This document shows, piece after piece, positions 25,001 to 36,342 of a DNA stretch of 64,000 bases. Each line of letters starts with the position of its first letter. Within the stretch, counting starts at the first letter, position 1. Source of the DNA: Vitrella brassicaformis CCMP3155 (Eukaryota; Protista; Chromerida). Position numbers and translations under genes: made by a program. The notes beneath the pieces were generated by a model that ran no database searches, was not told the origin of the DNA, and saw nothing but the letters and a program-made list of their open reading frames with translations. The stretch covers positions 62,001-126,000 of the forward strand of contig CDMY01000291.1 of the NCBI GenBank assembly GCA_001179505.1, read 5' to 3'.

Positions 25001-27239
25001 CATACCACACACACTACAGACACACCGATAGACAGACAGATACCACACCACACGCACCTGCGCCCCGCCCGTGGATGAGTGAGTGAGTGTAACGAATTCG
25101 ACCCCTGTTGATTGTCGTGGGGAACGGATTCGTTCTTTTTCCTCAAGTACGTACCCAAATGGATGAGATGGATGGATGGATGGACGCACCCACGTGTGAT
25201 GTGTCGTGGTGGTGTGGGGTGTTGGCTTTTTCTTTTCGTCTGGCCGGCGAGTGGTAGCGAGTGCGAGTCAGTGCACTGGATGCAGCCTTTTACACAGCAC
25301 GCACAGGCAGTGTGCACCCACGTAACACACTGCCCGTACCCCTGATAAACCACGCGCAGCCCGTTTGTCTGTCTGCCTGCGCGTCCTCTCACCCAAATTT
25401 CTCGTGCCTGACTGTCTGTCTGTCTGGCTGGCTGTCCATGGGCTTATCTCTCTGTGATGTGAATACACACATACATACATACCGACCGCAATTCTCCCTT
25501 CGCATCGTGCCGTGGTGTGTGTGAGTGCCATTCATTGGTTTGTGCAGGTTTAAGTGATGGCATCCGTACACATACACACACATGGATGGAGTGAGTGACG
25601 GTCGTGCGATGGACGTGCGGTGCAGAAAGGACATACGCTCGGACATTTATTCGCCTGACTGACTGACTGCCTGGCTGCCCGGCTGCCTGGCTGGCTGGCT
25701 GGCTGGCTGGCTGAGAGTCCAATCTTGACATCTTGTGTGACCAACTGACTTTGCGAGGTAAAGAGAAGGATACCGAGAGCGAGTGGATACATGCACACCT
25801 CCCCGCTCCCGAGTGAGTGACCAGTTTTGCCATCTTGATGCATTCTGCATGTACTCACGAAGACCGACCCGCCTGGCTGGCTGGCTGGCTGCCTGTATGC
25901 CCGTCCGTGATCGCTTGTCGTCCGGTTGATTGACCTTTTGTTGCGTCTGCGTGGAGGGATGAGAAGAGTAGTGGATGGCGAGCCCCCCAGCCGCAGCCTC
26001 AACTCGCCCGTTAGCTGCATGACATGGTGGTGGTGTTTTCAATGCCGGCCCTGTTGTGTGTGCGTGTGCGCCGCCACGACCCCTCGCCCCTCGCTCTCTC
26101 TCCCTTGGCTTGACGACCACCCCCGAGGCACGACTAGCTGGCGAATGAGCGGCGGGGACAGTGCTGGTGGGCGGCTCGGGGAGGGGAAGAGAGAGGGGGG
26201 ATGAGAGGAGGACTGACTGGGCATCTTGTTAACGCTCATGGATGGCGTCCATGCATGCATTCATACATGCGCCTGCATCCCTCCCTCCCTCCCTGTCTGT
26301 CTGCCTGCCTGTGTGACTGTCTGGATCTCGAATTAGAGTAGAGAGAGAGCCAGCCAGGTGGCAGGGAGCGAGGGAGGGAGGGAGGGAGTTGGCATTGCTG
26401 TGTGGGTGTTTGCTCCCCTCGACACACACGACTCGGAGAGAGGAGCTGCACCAGCAAGCAACGTCACTCACTCCAGGCAGGCAGGCCACAGGCCAGGCCG
26501 GCGGGCGTGGTATGCTGTGCCTTTTTAGTAGTAGCCAAAGAAACAAGAGACAGACACCAACGAGCTAGTTCTCACGTGGTTCTGTGTGTCGGACTCAAAG
26601 AGCATCAGGGTCAAACTCAAAAGGTATCACACACGCATCGTTGGTGCTGCTGTCCCGTCCGCATTTCACCCGACACACCCAATGGCCATCTGGCATTTCA
26701 CTTCCAAGGCGCAAAAATGATTTACTTGCGTTGGTGCCGTCACAGACCAATGACCCACACCATGGGTAGAGTTTTGCAAAGAGTTGTGGTTGAGTGTAAC
26801 AAATCCATTGTTGTCTCACCTCACCCGAGTGTCTCCCTCCCTCCCTCCCTCCCACCCACCATCGCCATCTCTCATCAACACCGACACAGCACAAGCATCT
26901 GTCTGCTCGAGGAGCGCACAGCAGGTCAAAATCTGGCCGAGCCCCCACTACTGGCCCACACGCAATCATATGTCCATTCGGCTCCTTCCTCGCCGCGGGC
27001 ACAAAAACTTACCCAAGGCGAGAAAGAAAGAAACGCACGTCGCAACCGTCACAATATCATCGAGTCTCTACGTGTGTACGTCAGTGGCGCAAGTCACTCA
27101 CACTTCTGTCTGTGTCACACCTCTTGCATGACACGAATACAGACCGTGCGAAGGCTGGATAAACGCAATAAGTCATCTATTGTCTCACTTCCTTCCCTCC
27201 ATGACATGACAACCACGAGCGGCACTCACTGTCTGCCCC

Positions 27240-28210
27240 TAATGTGCATAAAAAGCAGCACACCAACAGAAAATCACCTCACCTTGAAGAAAACAACATA
27301 TACAGGATACACCTGCTTCCTGCATGGAGACACAATACGCGAATGGCAAGACCGCTCCTGTCTTCGAACTTGGTGTACTGTACGCACCTGTCAAAGACGA
27401 TGAACTCCTGGTGTTTCTGTTGCGCTGTCGAGCCAACAGCCACCACCGACTAAAATTCAATGTGGCTGCCGGGCTTGGTCGGCGGCTTGTGCCCATTGCA
27501 ACTCCCAGTAACATAATGAGGGTCACCGATAAGCCCGCGGCACAGAAGGATGCATTTGCTGTCCCTTCCGTAATGGGCTGCCTTGCAGGATGCACCTCAG
27601 TCACGATGTGGTAGCCACCTGGATGGACGATCGATCTGTAGATGGGATAGTCGCCTTCCTCACAGGGAAGAAGAGCTGCTGCTCACGATCCTCCTCAGCT
27701 TCCTGGCCGTGGAGGGGCCTGGTGATGCGATGCTAGAACTCCATGCCGTTGTGGTAACGCTTGTGTTCGAGCTCTGTCGGACTGCCCATGCGCTGGTTGG
27801 CGTGCTGTTCGGGCTGCCCACACCGGCACCCCGCTGAGCTGGCGGACGACATGTTCACACAGCCACACACATGGCGTGTCCTTGGTGCGCGTGTACTCTT
27901 TGCTTCACGCACCTGCAAACGAGACCTGAATGCGATCCCTGCCCGACAAGCCCCTCCGGTCGAACTGGTTGAAGTCGAGTTCAAGCTCGTAGCCCTCTGC
28001 GCTCCTCCCTTGCACCGCTGAAATCACATCGCTGAACCCGCTGTCCAGGTGCTCGGCCACGGCGCGTCGAAGATCGGCTTCCGTGCGCACGCCGGCGAGT
28101 TGCTGCGGGTCCAAGGCGAAAGGGAACTGCGTTGCCCGCGTAGGGCCGGCGAGGAAGAAGAAGTGGATCTGATGGCGTGGAGTGCTCCAAAAGAACGAAA
28201 ACATCCCTTC
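27240..28210 (-). pseudogene. Degraded coding-like remnant of unknown origin
   Basis: Protein-like segments (QIHFFFLAGPTRATQFPF..., KEYTRTKDTPCVWLCEH..., CEEGDYPIYRSIVHPGGYHIVTEV) broken by stops, in a microsatellite-poor block. Confidence 0.25.
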
Positions 28211-28619
28211 CCAAAAATTTGCGAGCTCACGCGAAGAACACAGACATTGAGCTTGCAAGTGTGCGTCTGATTTTCACTTCACAGAAAGGCGTTCCTCGCC
28301 TCGAACTATCGCACTACCCATTCCGGTGCCCCACTCGCTCTCAGCTGTTGACCGACACCTGTGGAGCTGTAGAAGACCCAAGCGGACGAGGGGAGCGTCA
28401 GAGAGGACAACAGTGGCCCGCCTTTGTTTGTCGAATGGTCTGAGGGTTCCCTGTCTTTCCTGAAGACCCACTGGTAAGCGCCAGAGCACTCCGCATGCGT
28501 GCAGCCACCAATGTGAAGCGAGTGGTGATATTGACAGGGATACAACGAGTCTTCGTTTCCCTGTCTGTGTTGCCATCAGGTGAATTGCTGATAGACCTCT
28601 TCGTGTATTCGTTGTCGCG

Positions 28620-31140
28620 ATGGACATGCCCAACGGGACCTCAGGCCACCACCACACCGACGTAGACCCTGCCAAAAGCCAAGAAGTCACCCTGACGGAC
28701 GAGAAGTCACCCGACCGGCCGAAGGATGCCGTCAGTGCTCCCTCGTCGACCGAGACCCCTCTCACCCGGCCCCAGTCCAACAACGGCCACGGAGAGGGCG
28801 AGCATCCTCCTGCCCTCGATGTCACAGCCGTCCAGCCACACGTCACATCTGACACAACGGCTGGGTTCTCCGCTGCACCCCCAGCGGCACTTACGCAGGG
28901 GTTCTCGCCCCCAGTGTCCAACTTTTCCCCGCCGCCTGTGACGGGCGGCTTCTCCGACCGGCCACCCACCCACACGGGCTTCAGCGATGCCCCTCCGGCG
29001 GGGTATGCGGGTGCGGGTGGTGTGCAGTCGGGGTTTCCGGATGCGCCGGGGGCGGGGGCGCTGGCGAGTATTGTGACGGGCGGCAAGGACTTCCGGCGAG
29101 AGCTCAACGATAGGAACGTCTTCGTCTTCCATCTCCCGCTGGAATGGAAGGAACACGACCTGCAGAGGGTCAGTTGCGGGTGGTGGGTGGGGACACGACC
29201 GAACCCAACACGACATACATATGGAGTGGTCGGCTTCTTGTGTGATGGATGGTTGTTGTCAGGAGTTTGGTGTGTATGGAAACGTGATCAGCACCAAGAT
29301 CGTGTGCCGCCCCGACGGCGCGTCTCGTGGGTACGGCTTCGTGTGCTATGACAACCCGATCTCGGCGCAGCGAGCCATCAATGCCATGGACGGGCAGCCT
29401 GCGGGCCTGCAGGGGCGCAAGCTCAAGGTGTCGCTCAAGAAATCGCCCGAGGAATCAATCCAGCAGGCGGTGGGACAGACGATTCACATGGTCTCAGTGC
29501 GCGAGGGTACGCAACTCTGGTGCTATGTTGGTTGTTGTTTGCAGATGCAGGTTGGCGAGAATCGTCAGTGCAGTTTGTTTGTGTTCCACATACCGACAGA
29601 ATGGACAGAGAGTGATCTAGCAACGGTAAGCAGACCCAACGAACACATGGGACAAACAATGCTTCCATCGCTCGTCTCATCTCTTTGTGTTCAATTGGTT
29701 CATGCAGCAATTCACCCCCTACGGCCACGTGACTAGCGTCCGTGTGATGACGACCCCTGAGGGCGTGAGTCGCGGTTTTGGGTTCGTCAACTACGACAAC
29801 CCCGACGCGGCGCAGCGGGCCATTCAGGGCATGAATGGACACCTCGTCTCCAACGGCAAACGACTCAAGGTAGGTCGCAGCCTCACACCATGCCACTGAC
29901 ATTCACGGCTCTCTTGTGTGTTTCTGTTAGGTGTCGTTGAAGACGCAGTCGTCCGCCGTGGGTGGTGGTGGTGGTGGTTCGGTGAATGGTGGGTCGGCGA
30001 GTTCGGTTTCATCTGGTGTGATGAGTCAGTATGGCGGCGGCATGCCCATGCCCATGTACCCGCCGGCGGCCTCATCGCCCAGTCCTCAGGTGACCACGAG
30101 TCCACCCGGCTGCACCATCTTCATCTTCTACATCCCATCTGAGTGGGACGACAACACACTCAAACAAGTACGAACCCAACCAGCACGTCAGCAATGCACT
30201 CGTTGTGCCGATTCCATCCGTCCATCCATTTGTATGTGTCCGTGCGTTCGCGCTCTCTCTTTTGTCAGCATTTTTCGCACTTCGGTCGCATTGTGTCGGC
30301 GACGATTCAGAAGGACGAGGACGGGCGAGGTCGTGGGTTCGGGTTCGTGGGGTTCGACAACCCCATGAGTGCAGTGAGCGCCATACAGGGCATGAATGGA
30401 TTCGCCGTCGGGGGCAACAAACGACTCAAAGTCTCAATCAAGAAAGGAGAGGAAAGGTGCGGAAATACACGCGGGCTCACAGTACGTATGCGAGACATGT
30501 CTTGTGTCTGGATGGGTGTGGTGATGGTGTTCAGGTATGCAGGGCAGCTGCCAACGGTGACGGCCAGTGGCGCCAACGCGTCTCCTCTGGGCGGATTCTC
30601 GCAGGTGCGGCCCAACAGCCTCCTTTGTGTATGCATGAATGTCCAACCTTCCATCGACATGTACGCGTGTTTTCTGTGTTCTGTGTGAATCAGGCGTACG
30701 GTCCCAACCCCTACGCCGCTGCTGCTGCTGCCTACGGGACGCCTGGCCAAGTAAGCATACCCCCACGTCTGCACACATACGACCCCTACACGTCTGCCTC
30801 TCTGCTGTTGCCCACTGCTGCACAGGCACCAGTGGCTGGTCAGGGAGCGGCGGGGACAGCGGCATACGCCCCCTACACCCAGTTGGCGACCGCGGCTCAG
30901 CAGCAGCAGCTCATGACGCAGGTGCCCCCAGCGGCCTTCGGGGCGCCAGATCAGTATAGCTACTCGGCTGCCCAGCTGGCACAGATGCAGCAGTATGGGC
31001 TGGGTGGGTTCCCGCAGATGGCCATGACGAACCCAGCGGCCGCACAGCAGCACGGCTATGCTCCGGCCAACTACGCGTCAGGAGGCACCCCGACAGCAGC
31101 CACAGGTCGCGCGGCCACATACCGGTATGCTCCATACTGA
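28620..31140 (+). CDS. RNA-binding protein with three RRMs (CELF/ELAV-like)
   Basis: Three RNP2/RNP1 pairs: NVFVFHLP...SRGYGFVCYDN, SLFVFHIP...SRGFGFVNYDN, TIFIFYIP...GRGFGFVGFDN; Ala/Gln/Tyr-rich tail ending RYAPY*. Confidence 0.88.
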
Positions 31141-32769
31141 CTCTGAGTGATTAGTTAGTGTATGAGTATGCATTGCATTGCATGGATGGAAGCACAGACA
31201 GGAAGGGCGGCTGGGTGCTTTGGCTGGATGTCTGTCTGTGTGGCTGGCGCTTCATCTTTTGAATGAACACGTATGTATGTATGTACACATGAATTGGGCG
31301 GGCGTGGCGTACGTATGAGGGGATCCGTGTACGTATACAGTACGATACAAACGGTGTATTATCCGTAACCGTACTTACCGTACTTCAACAAGCACAAGAC
31401 GGTATTATCAGTACTCGCTAAGTCAATACTCGATAAGTAACATATGAACACAGGTACAGGCAGGACCTCCCCGTACCCGTACGAGCAAGTCTTCCGTAAA
31501 CATACGAGCCAGTATTCCATGCCTCCATACCCCGAGATGCGTCGAGACAATCAATTGGATGTCCTTACATACCTGTCTAGCTCCACGATGCATCACGACA
31601 CGCCCGTGCTGTCCGAAGAACACATTTGTGTCTCTATCTGTGTCCTCCTTGTGTGTGTGCAGGCCCAACCCGACCCCTCCCCGCGTGCAGCCGGCATCCA
31701 TCCCAACCTACCCCGACCACCCGGCATACAGCCGGCCCCCTGCCCACCATCTCCACCACCACAGCTACCCGCCACCAGAGACCATCGGCATGCACTGAAA
31801 ACTGATGGTACGTACCGGCAGGAAATACACTTCGGCGCGTGTGCCTTCCTCATGTGTTGTTGCCTTGTGTTGTGTGTGTGGTTGTGTGTGCGATGGATGC
31901 AGCGTGTCGTTGCGTCACGATGTTGTTTGTCCTCGGGTGGAAAAGCACCGAGGGTTGAATAGAGGCATGTCGCTGAGGGAGTGAATATGTGTGTGCATAT
32001 GAGTGAGTGAATATGGCAGTGAGATCCGCCGCCCCTGCTGCTGCGCTGCTGCTGCTGATGCTGCTGCTGATGCTGCTGATGGCGGTGGTGTGTCGGTGCA
32101 TGGTTGGTACTTGTACTAGCCTAGACTCTCTATCTCTATCTAGCTGCCTAGCTGTAGCTAATTGGTTGGACTGCTGGCCAAAGCGCTCCTCCTCGCCCTT
32201 GACCCCCTGGCTGCCTGTGAGTGCGTGAGTGTCGGCTGACTGCACTGTCTAATCGATCGCACTCCCAGTGCGATCCTGGCTGACAATTGCGTGCGTTCAT
32301 GGAAGATGATGATGGGACATAGATGACGATGACCATCCGTGGACGGTTCAACCGATCCCTACGTACCTGCCTGGCCTCAGTTTCTCGTCGTGCGTGTTGT
32401 GTGCTTGTGTGAGTGAATTGCGTGAGGGCCTGCATACCCGAGTAATGACTGAGTGAGCGAGTGAGTGATCCAGCCAGGGATCCAGCGAGTGAGCGAGCGA
32501 CAGACAGACAAACAGACATACATACATACAGACAGACAGCTGGTTCGGCGTGTCAAGCCAAGTCTCTTTCTTCAACTTGTGCGTGTCGGTTCGTTTTGTC
32601 TGCGTTTTCTTCATCTTCGCTTTTCTTTTAATTCAGCGACACCTGTAAGTAAGACACTCAGACACAGACTGATGAATGAGCAACATGTACACACATGTAC
32701 GCACACAAACACACCCACACAATCAAGCACGAGTTAGTCACCCGATTGGCCGCACTCACAGCACACACC

Positions 32770-34154
32770 ATGCCGAGCTATGGTTCCTTGCTCATCGTGC
32801 TTGGCTGCCTGCTCGCCACTCACACGGCAGGCCAGAGGTACGCAACATGACGGACACCCACCCACCCATCCAGACTGTCCCTGTGCAGTGAGGCGGAGAC
32901 ACTGAACGACGAGCGGCTGATTGAGGACGCGTCCCATCCCTTCTCTGTGGACGTCAACAACAGTGGCGCGGGATCGCTGCTCATCGAGCGCGACAACAGC
33001 CACACCAAGCGACACTACCAAAACGCGTTTGTCAAGATGACTGGCGGCGATGTGGAGGTGAAACACATGAATGAAGGAGAGAGAAACAGAAGCTCGGATC
33101 TCTTCTTGTGTGCGTGTGTCTGTCGCGTCAGGACAACCTCATCCGTGACGCCATCTGCTCTGGCGAGAAGTACTCGAACCGATGGTTCTACTCCACACAA
33201 GACGGCAGGTGTGTGTGCAAAGCGCCGCTGCGCATGCATGGTTTGACGGATGGCTGTATGGCTGGATCTGGTCTTTGTATGTGTGACATCCATGGCTGCA
33301 GGTGCGACAAGTACTCTCACTTCACATACCGTGACATGATGCGCGGGAGGACCAAATCCCGAGGCGAGGGCGTCGACGACAGAGACATGGAACGGTTCAG
33401 CAGACGGGAGAGGCCCATTCTGATTCCTGGCCAGCCCATGGGCGGCCTCGATGAGGTCTGCAGGAAACTAAGGGGCAGGTGCGAAAAGACACACAGAGAC
33501 AGCATGTGAATGAATGGGCCACGTGTCTTGTCTGTTGGTATGTATGTGTCTTGTCTGTCCAAACAGGCGCTCGTATTTCGACCCCAACTTGGGTTTCTGC
33601 TCGATCCGAGATGAGATTCTCCCTCTCCAAATTTGTCAGACAGCGGTGAGGCCTCGCCGCCCTGTCACTTTCCTACCGTACTGAATGCGCCTGTGCGTTT
33701 GCATGTGTGTGTTCAGCTGTTGGAGAACACTCGCGAAGCGCTCCGCAATGAGCTGGGCTTCGAACGCACATCCACACAGCGAATCGGAGGTCGGCATGTC
33801 TCTCCACACACATGCATACGGCACATCAACCAAAGACACGGCTCTTGCGTGTCCTGTCTCTGTGTGCAGATCGTTACTGTGAGGTGTTCAGGTGGCCGTA
33901 TCCGACAGACTCGCGCAAGGCCATGTTGCTGATGGGTATCGAGTCGTTGCTGTCGAGTCAGGCCGAGCAATACCACATCCAACAGGACACACAGGGTGAG
34001 ATGACCAACACGAACAAAGCTAGCCAGAGAGACGTGTGATGTGTGGCCTGTGTTTGCTGTGTGTGTGTCAGTTTCGAAGCTGGCCGCCTCGCTGCGCAAC
34101 AAGGCAAAGAGGGAGCAGTCAGGCATTCTGGCCAGGATGAGAGGCATCGCGTGA
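32770..34154 (+). CDS. Secreted hypothetical protein, 8 exons (left copy of inverted duplication)
   Basis: MPSYGSLLIVLGCLLATHTAGQ signal-like start; frame stays open across seven GT-AG introns to ...ILARMRGIA*. Confidence 0.7.
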
Positions 34155-34250
34155 GAGAACAATGTGGCAGCAGTCTCATGATGATTGTGGATGCACAAGT
34201 GACGCACGAGTGACGTACACTCATGTACTGTCGTCATCCATTACATCGAG
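32783..34250. repeat. Left arm of ~1.5 kb inverted duplication (partner ~39070-40545)
   Basis: Exons and introns match the reverse complement of ~39070-40545; the ORF track gives near-identical peptides on opposite strands. Confidence 0.9.
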
Positions 34251-34694
34251 ACCATGAGAAGGGAGAAGTCACATGCAACTCCAATTAGCTGTTGTACTCA
34301 GTCTGTCATCCTGCCTCCGACCTCTATGCTTTTGAACCTCACCCGGAGAGAAAGTCGACGAAAAATACCTTTTCTCCTTCCCCTCCCCTCCTCACGAGCT
34401 CAGCTCGCAGACCGACAAGTGTGAATTTTGGCGAAGAGGAGCAGAAAGGTCTGTGCTGCGTAGAACAGCGCTGCCTCTGCATGCCTTTGCTGAAAATCGG
34501 CCTCATTTGATTCCCTCTGCCAACTCGCCTCAGTCGAGTGTGATCCCCGCGTGTCCAGCTGCCTGAAGAGAAGGGGAGTGATTGTTTCAGCGCGAGAGTG
34601 AGTGTGCGTAGGCGGCAAGATCTCGGTCCTGTTCCTTGCCTAGAATCGGTGTCCTGTCGCGCGACTAGCAGCGCACCTTTGTGGGGAGACCGTG

Positions 34695-36342
34695 ATGGGT
34701 GCGAGGCCGAGTAGCGAGGTCAAGGTGGCTCACAGCGGAGCAGCGGCAAGCAATGTGGCGGCTCCCGCTGCGAGTGCGAGGCGTCCGGAGTACCCCCCTG
34801 GCACAAGCATGATGGACATCCCGCATGACGTAAGCACAAGACGTACGGGATGGAGGAGGACGATGCTGACGTTTGTATGTCCTCTGTGGGTGTTGTTGTT
34901 TGTCTCTGCAGGTTGAGTGTCCGATTTGTCTCGAGGTGTTTGAGCGACCGGCCACGCTCTCATGCGGTCATACGTTCTGCTTGTCATGCGTTGCTGGCAT
35001 GCCCGCCTGCCCCGTGTGCAGGCAAAGCATCGACAACAAGCCTAAGGTGGGATGAGGGAAAACGGCGCACACACGGAGGGGAGTGTTGAAGGTGGGCTCT
35101 TCTCGCGTGTTGGTCGTGTTGCAGGAGGATGTGTGTTTCACGCGGCGCCTCACGTCTGAGTCTCGTAAGCGACATCTGAACAGCTACTACACACAAAATC
35201 GCTTCACCGGCAGCATTTCATCCTGGTTGTGTCATGGTTGGTTGGTTGGTTTTGCTGTCAGTGTGGTGCCGTTGCGGTGCGAAGGTCCCTCTGGCGGAAG
35301 CAAATGCGCATGCCAGCAAGTGCCCCGACTGCATTGAGTCCAGATGCTCCACCGAAAAAGCCAAATACGTCCCGCGTACGCAGCCCAGCCACATCAAGCG
35401 CGACATGCATCGAGATTGGACATGCCACCGGTTGTTCTGGTTGATTTGTTTGTCCCTTTGTCAGCGTCGACTCGTTCGGGTGCGTCGTCGTCTGGTGGTG
35501 CGTTAGGCTACTACCCCACGGCCACGTCGACCTACGACTGCCCTTTGTGTCCGATGGGGCCCTTCACCGTGCAGCAGCTCATCCGACACTGCGAGCAACA
35601 CCACTCGTCCGGCAACCGAGCCGCTGTGTAAGTATCCACACACAGACACGTATGCACGGACACACATGACGGTCGTGGTGTCGTGGGTCTGTGTGATTGC
35701 AGGTGTCCAATATGCGCGTCGCTTCCGTGGGGCGATCCACATTATTGGAGCCGCAACTTCGTGGTGAGGAGACTGCGTCAAAGGTGGCGATGTGGTGTAG
35801 ATCTGCGGCCTGAATTCTCTCTGTCAGGCGCATCTGAGGCAGCGACATCGGTACCACGGCGACTACGGACACAGTGCATCCACCAGCAGCTCGGCCGCAG
35901 CGAGCGCTGCATCGGTGAGACAGGGAGGGATTGAGGGAAGGAAGACGCCAGCTGATACCACACCTCTCTGCTGGTTGCTTGTTGATGTCAGGGTGTGTTG
36001 TATGAGTCTGCCCAGTCGTCCGCTGCCCTGATGGAGTCGGAGGACGTCGTGCTGCAGCGCGTCCTGCTCGAGTCCCTCACCACAGCCAGCCACCCGCCCC
36101 CTCCCCCTCCTTCATCGCACCACACCGACGTCAATGCATCCTCGCCTGCAGCTGTCTACGCCGCCCTGTCTGCCTGCACCAACAGCAGCACCACCATCGG
36201 CAGCTCCACCACTCAGTCGGGCAGCAGCAGCAGCAGCAGCAGCAGTGAGGGGGGCACCACGAACGACTCGCCGGCGCCATCGCCCGGTTCCTCGCCTGTC
36301 ATGTCGACACCCCCGCAGCCACGCACTGTCGAGAGCGACTGA
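34695..36342 (+). CDS. RING E3 ubiquitin ligase of RNF114/RNF125/RNF138/RNF166 type (RING, C2HC, Di19-type zinc fingers, UIM)
   Basis: [24 protein letters not shown]...CPVC; [18 protein letters not shown]; CPLC...HCEQHH; [20 protein letters not shown]|AHLRQRH; UIM-like [15 protein letters not shown]. Confidence 0.85.

Noticed and set aside
25640-26240. Possible small minus-strand gene (MSVNKMPSQSSSHPP...)
   Set aside because: Plausible splice sites but low-complexity peptide with no motif; cannot be supported
26402-27403. 333-aa plus-strand ORF
   Set aside because: Non-ATG start, no recognisable motifs, and composition typical of a chance ORF
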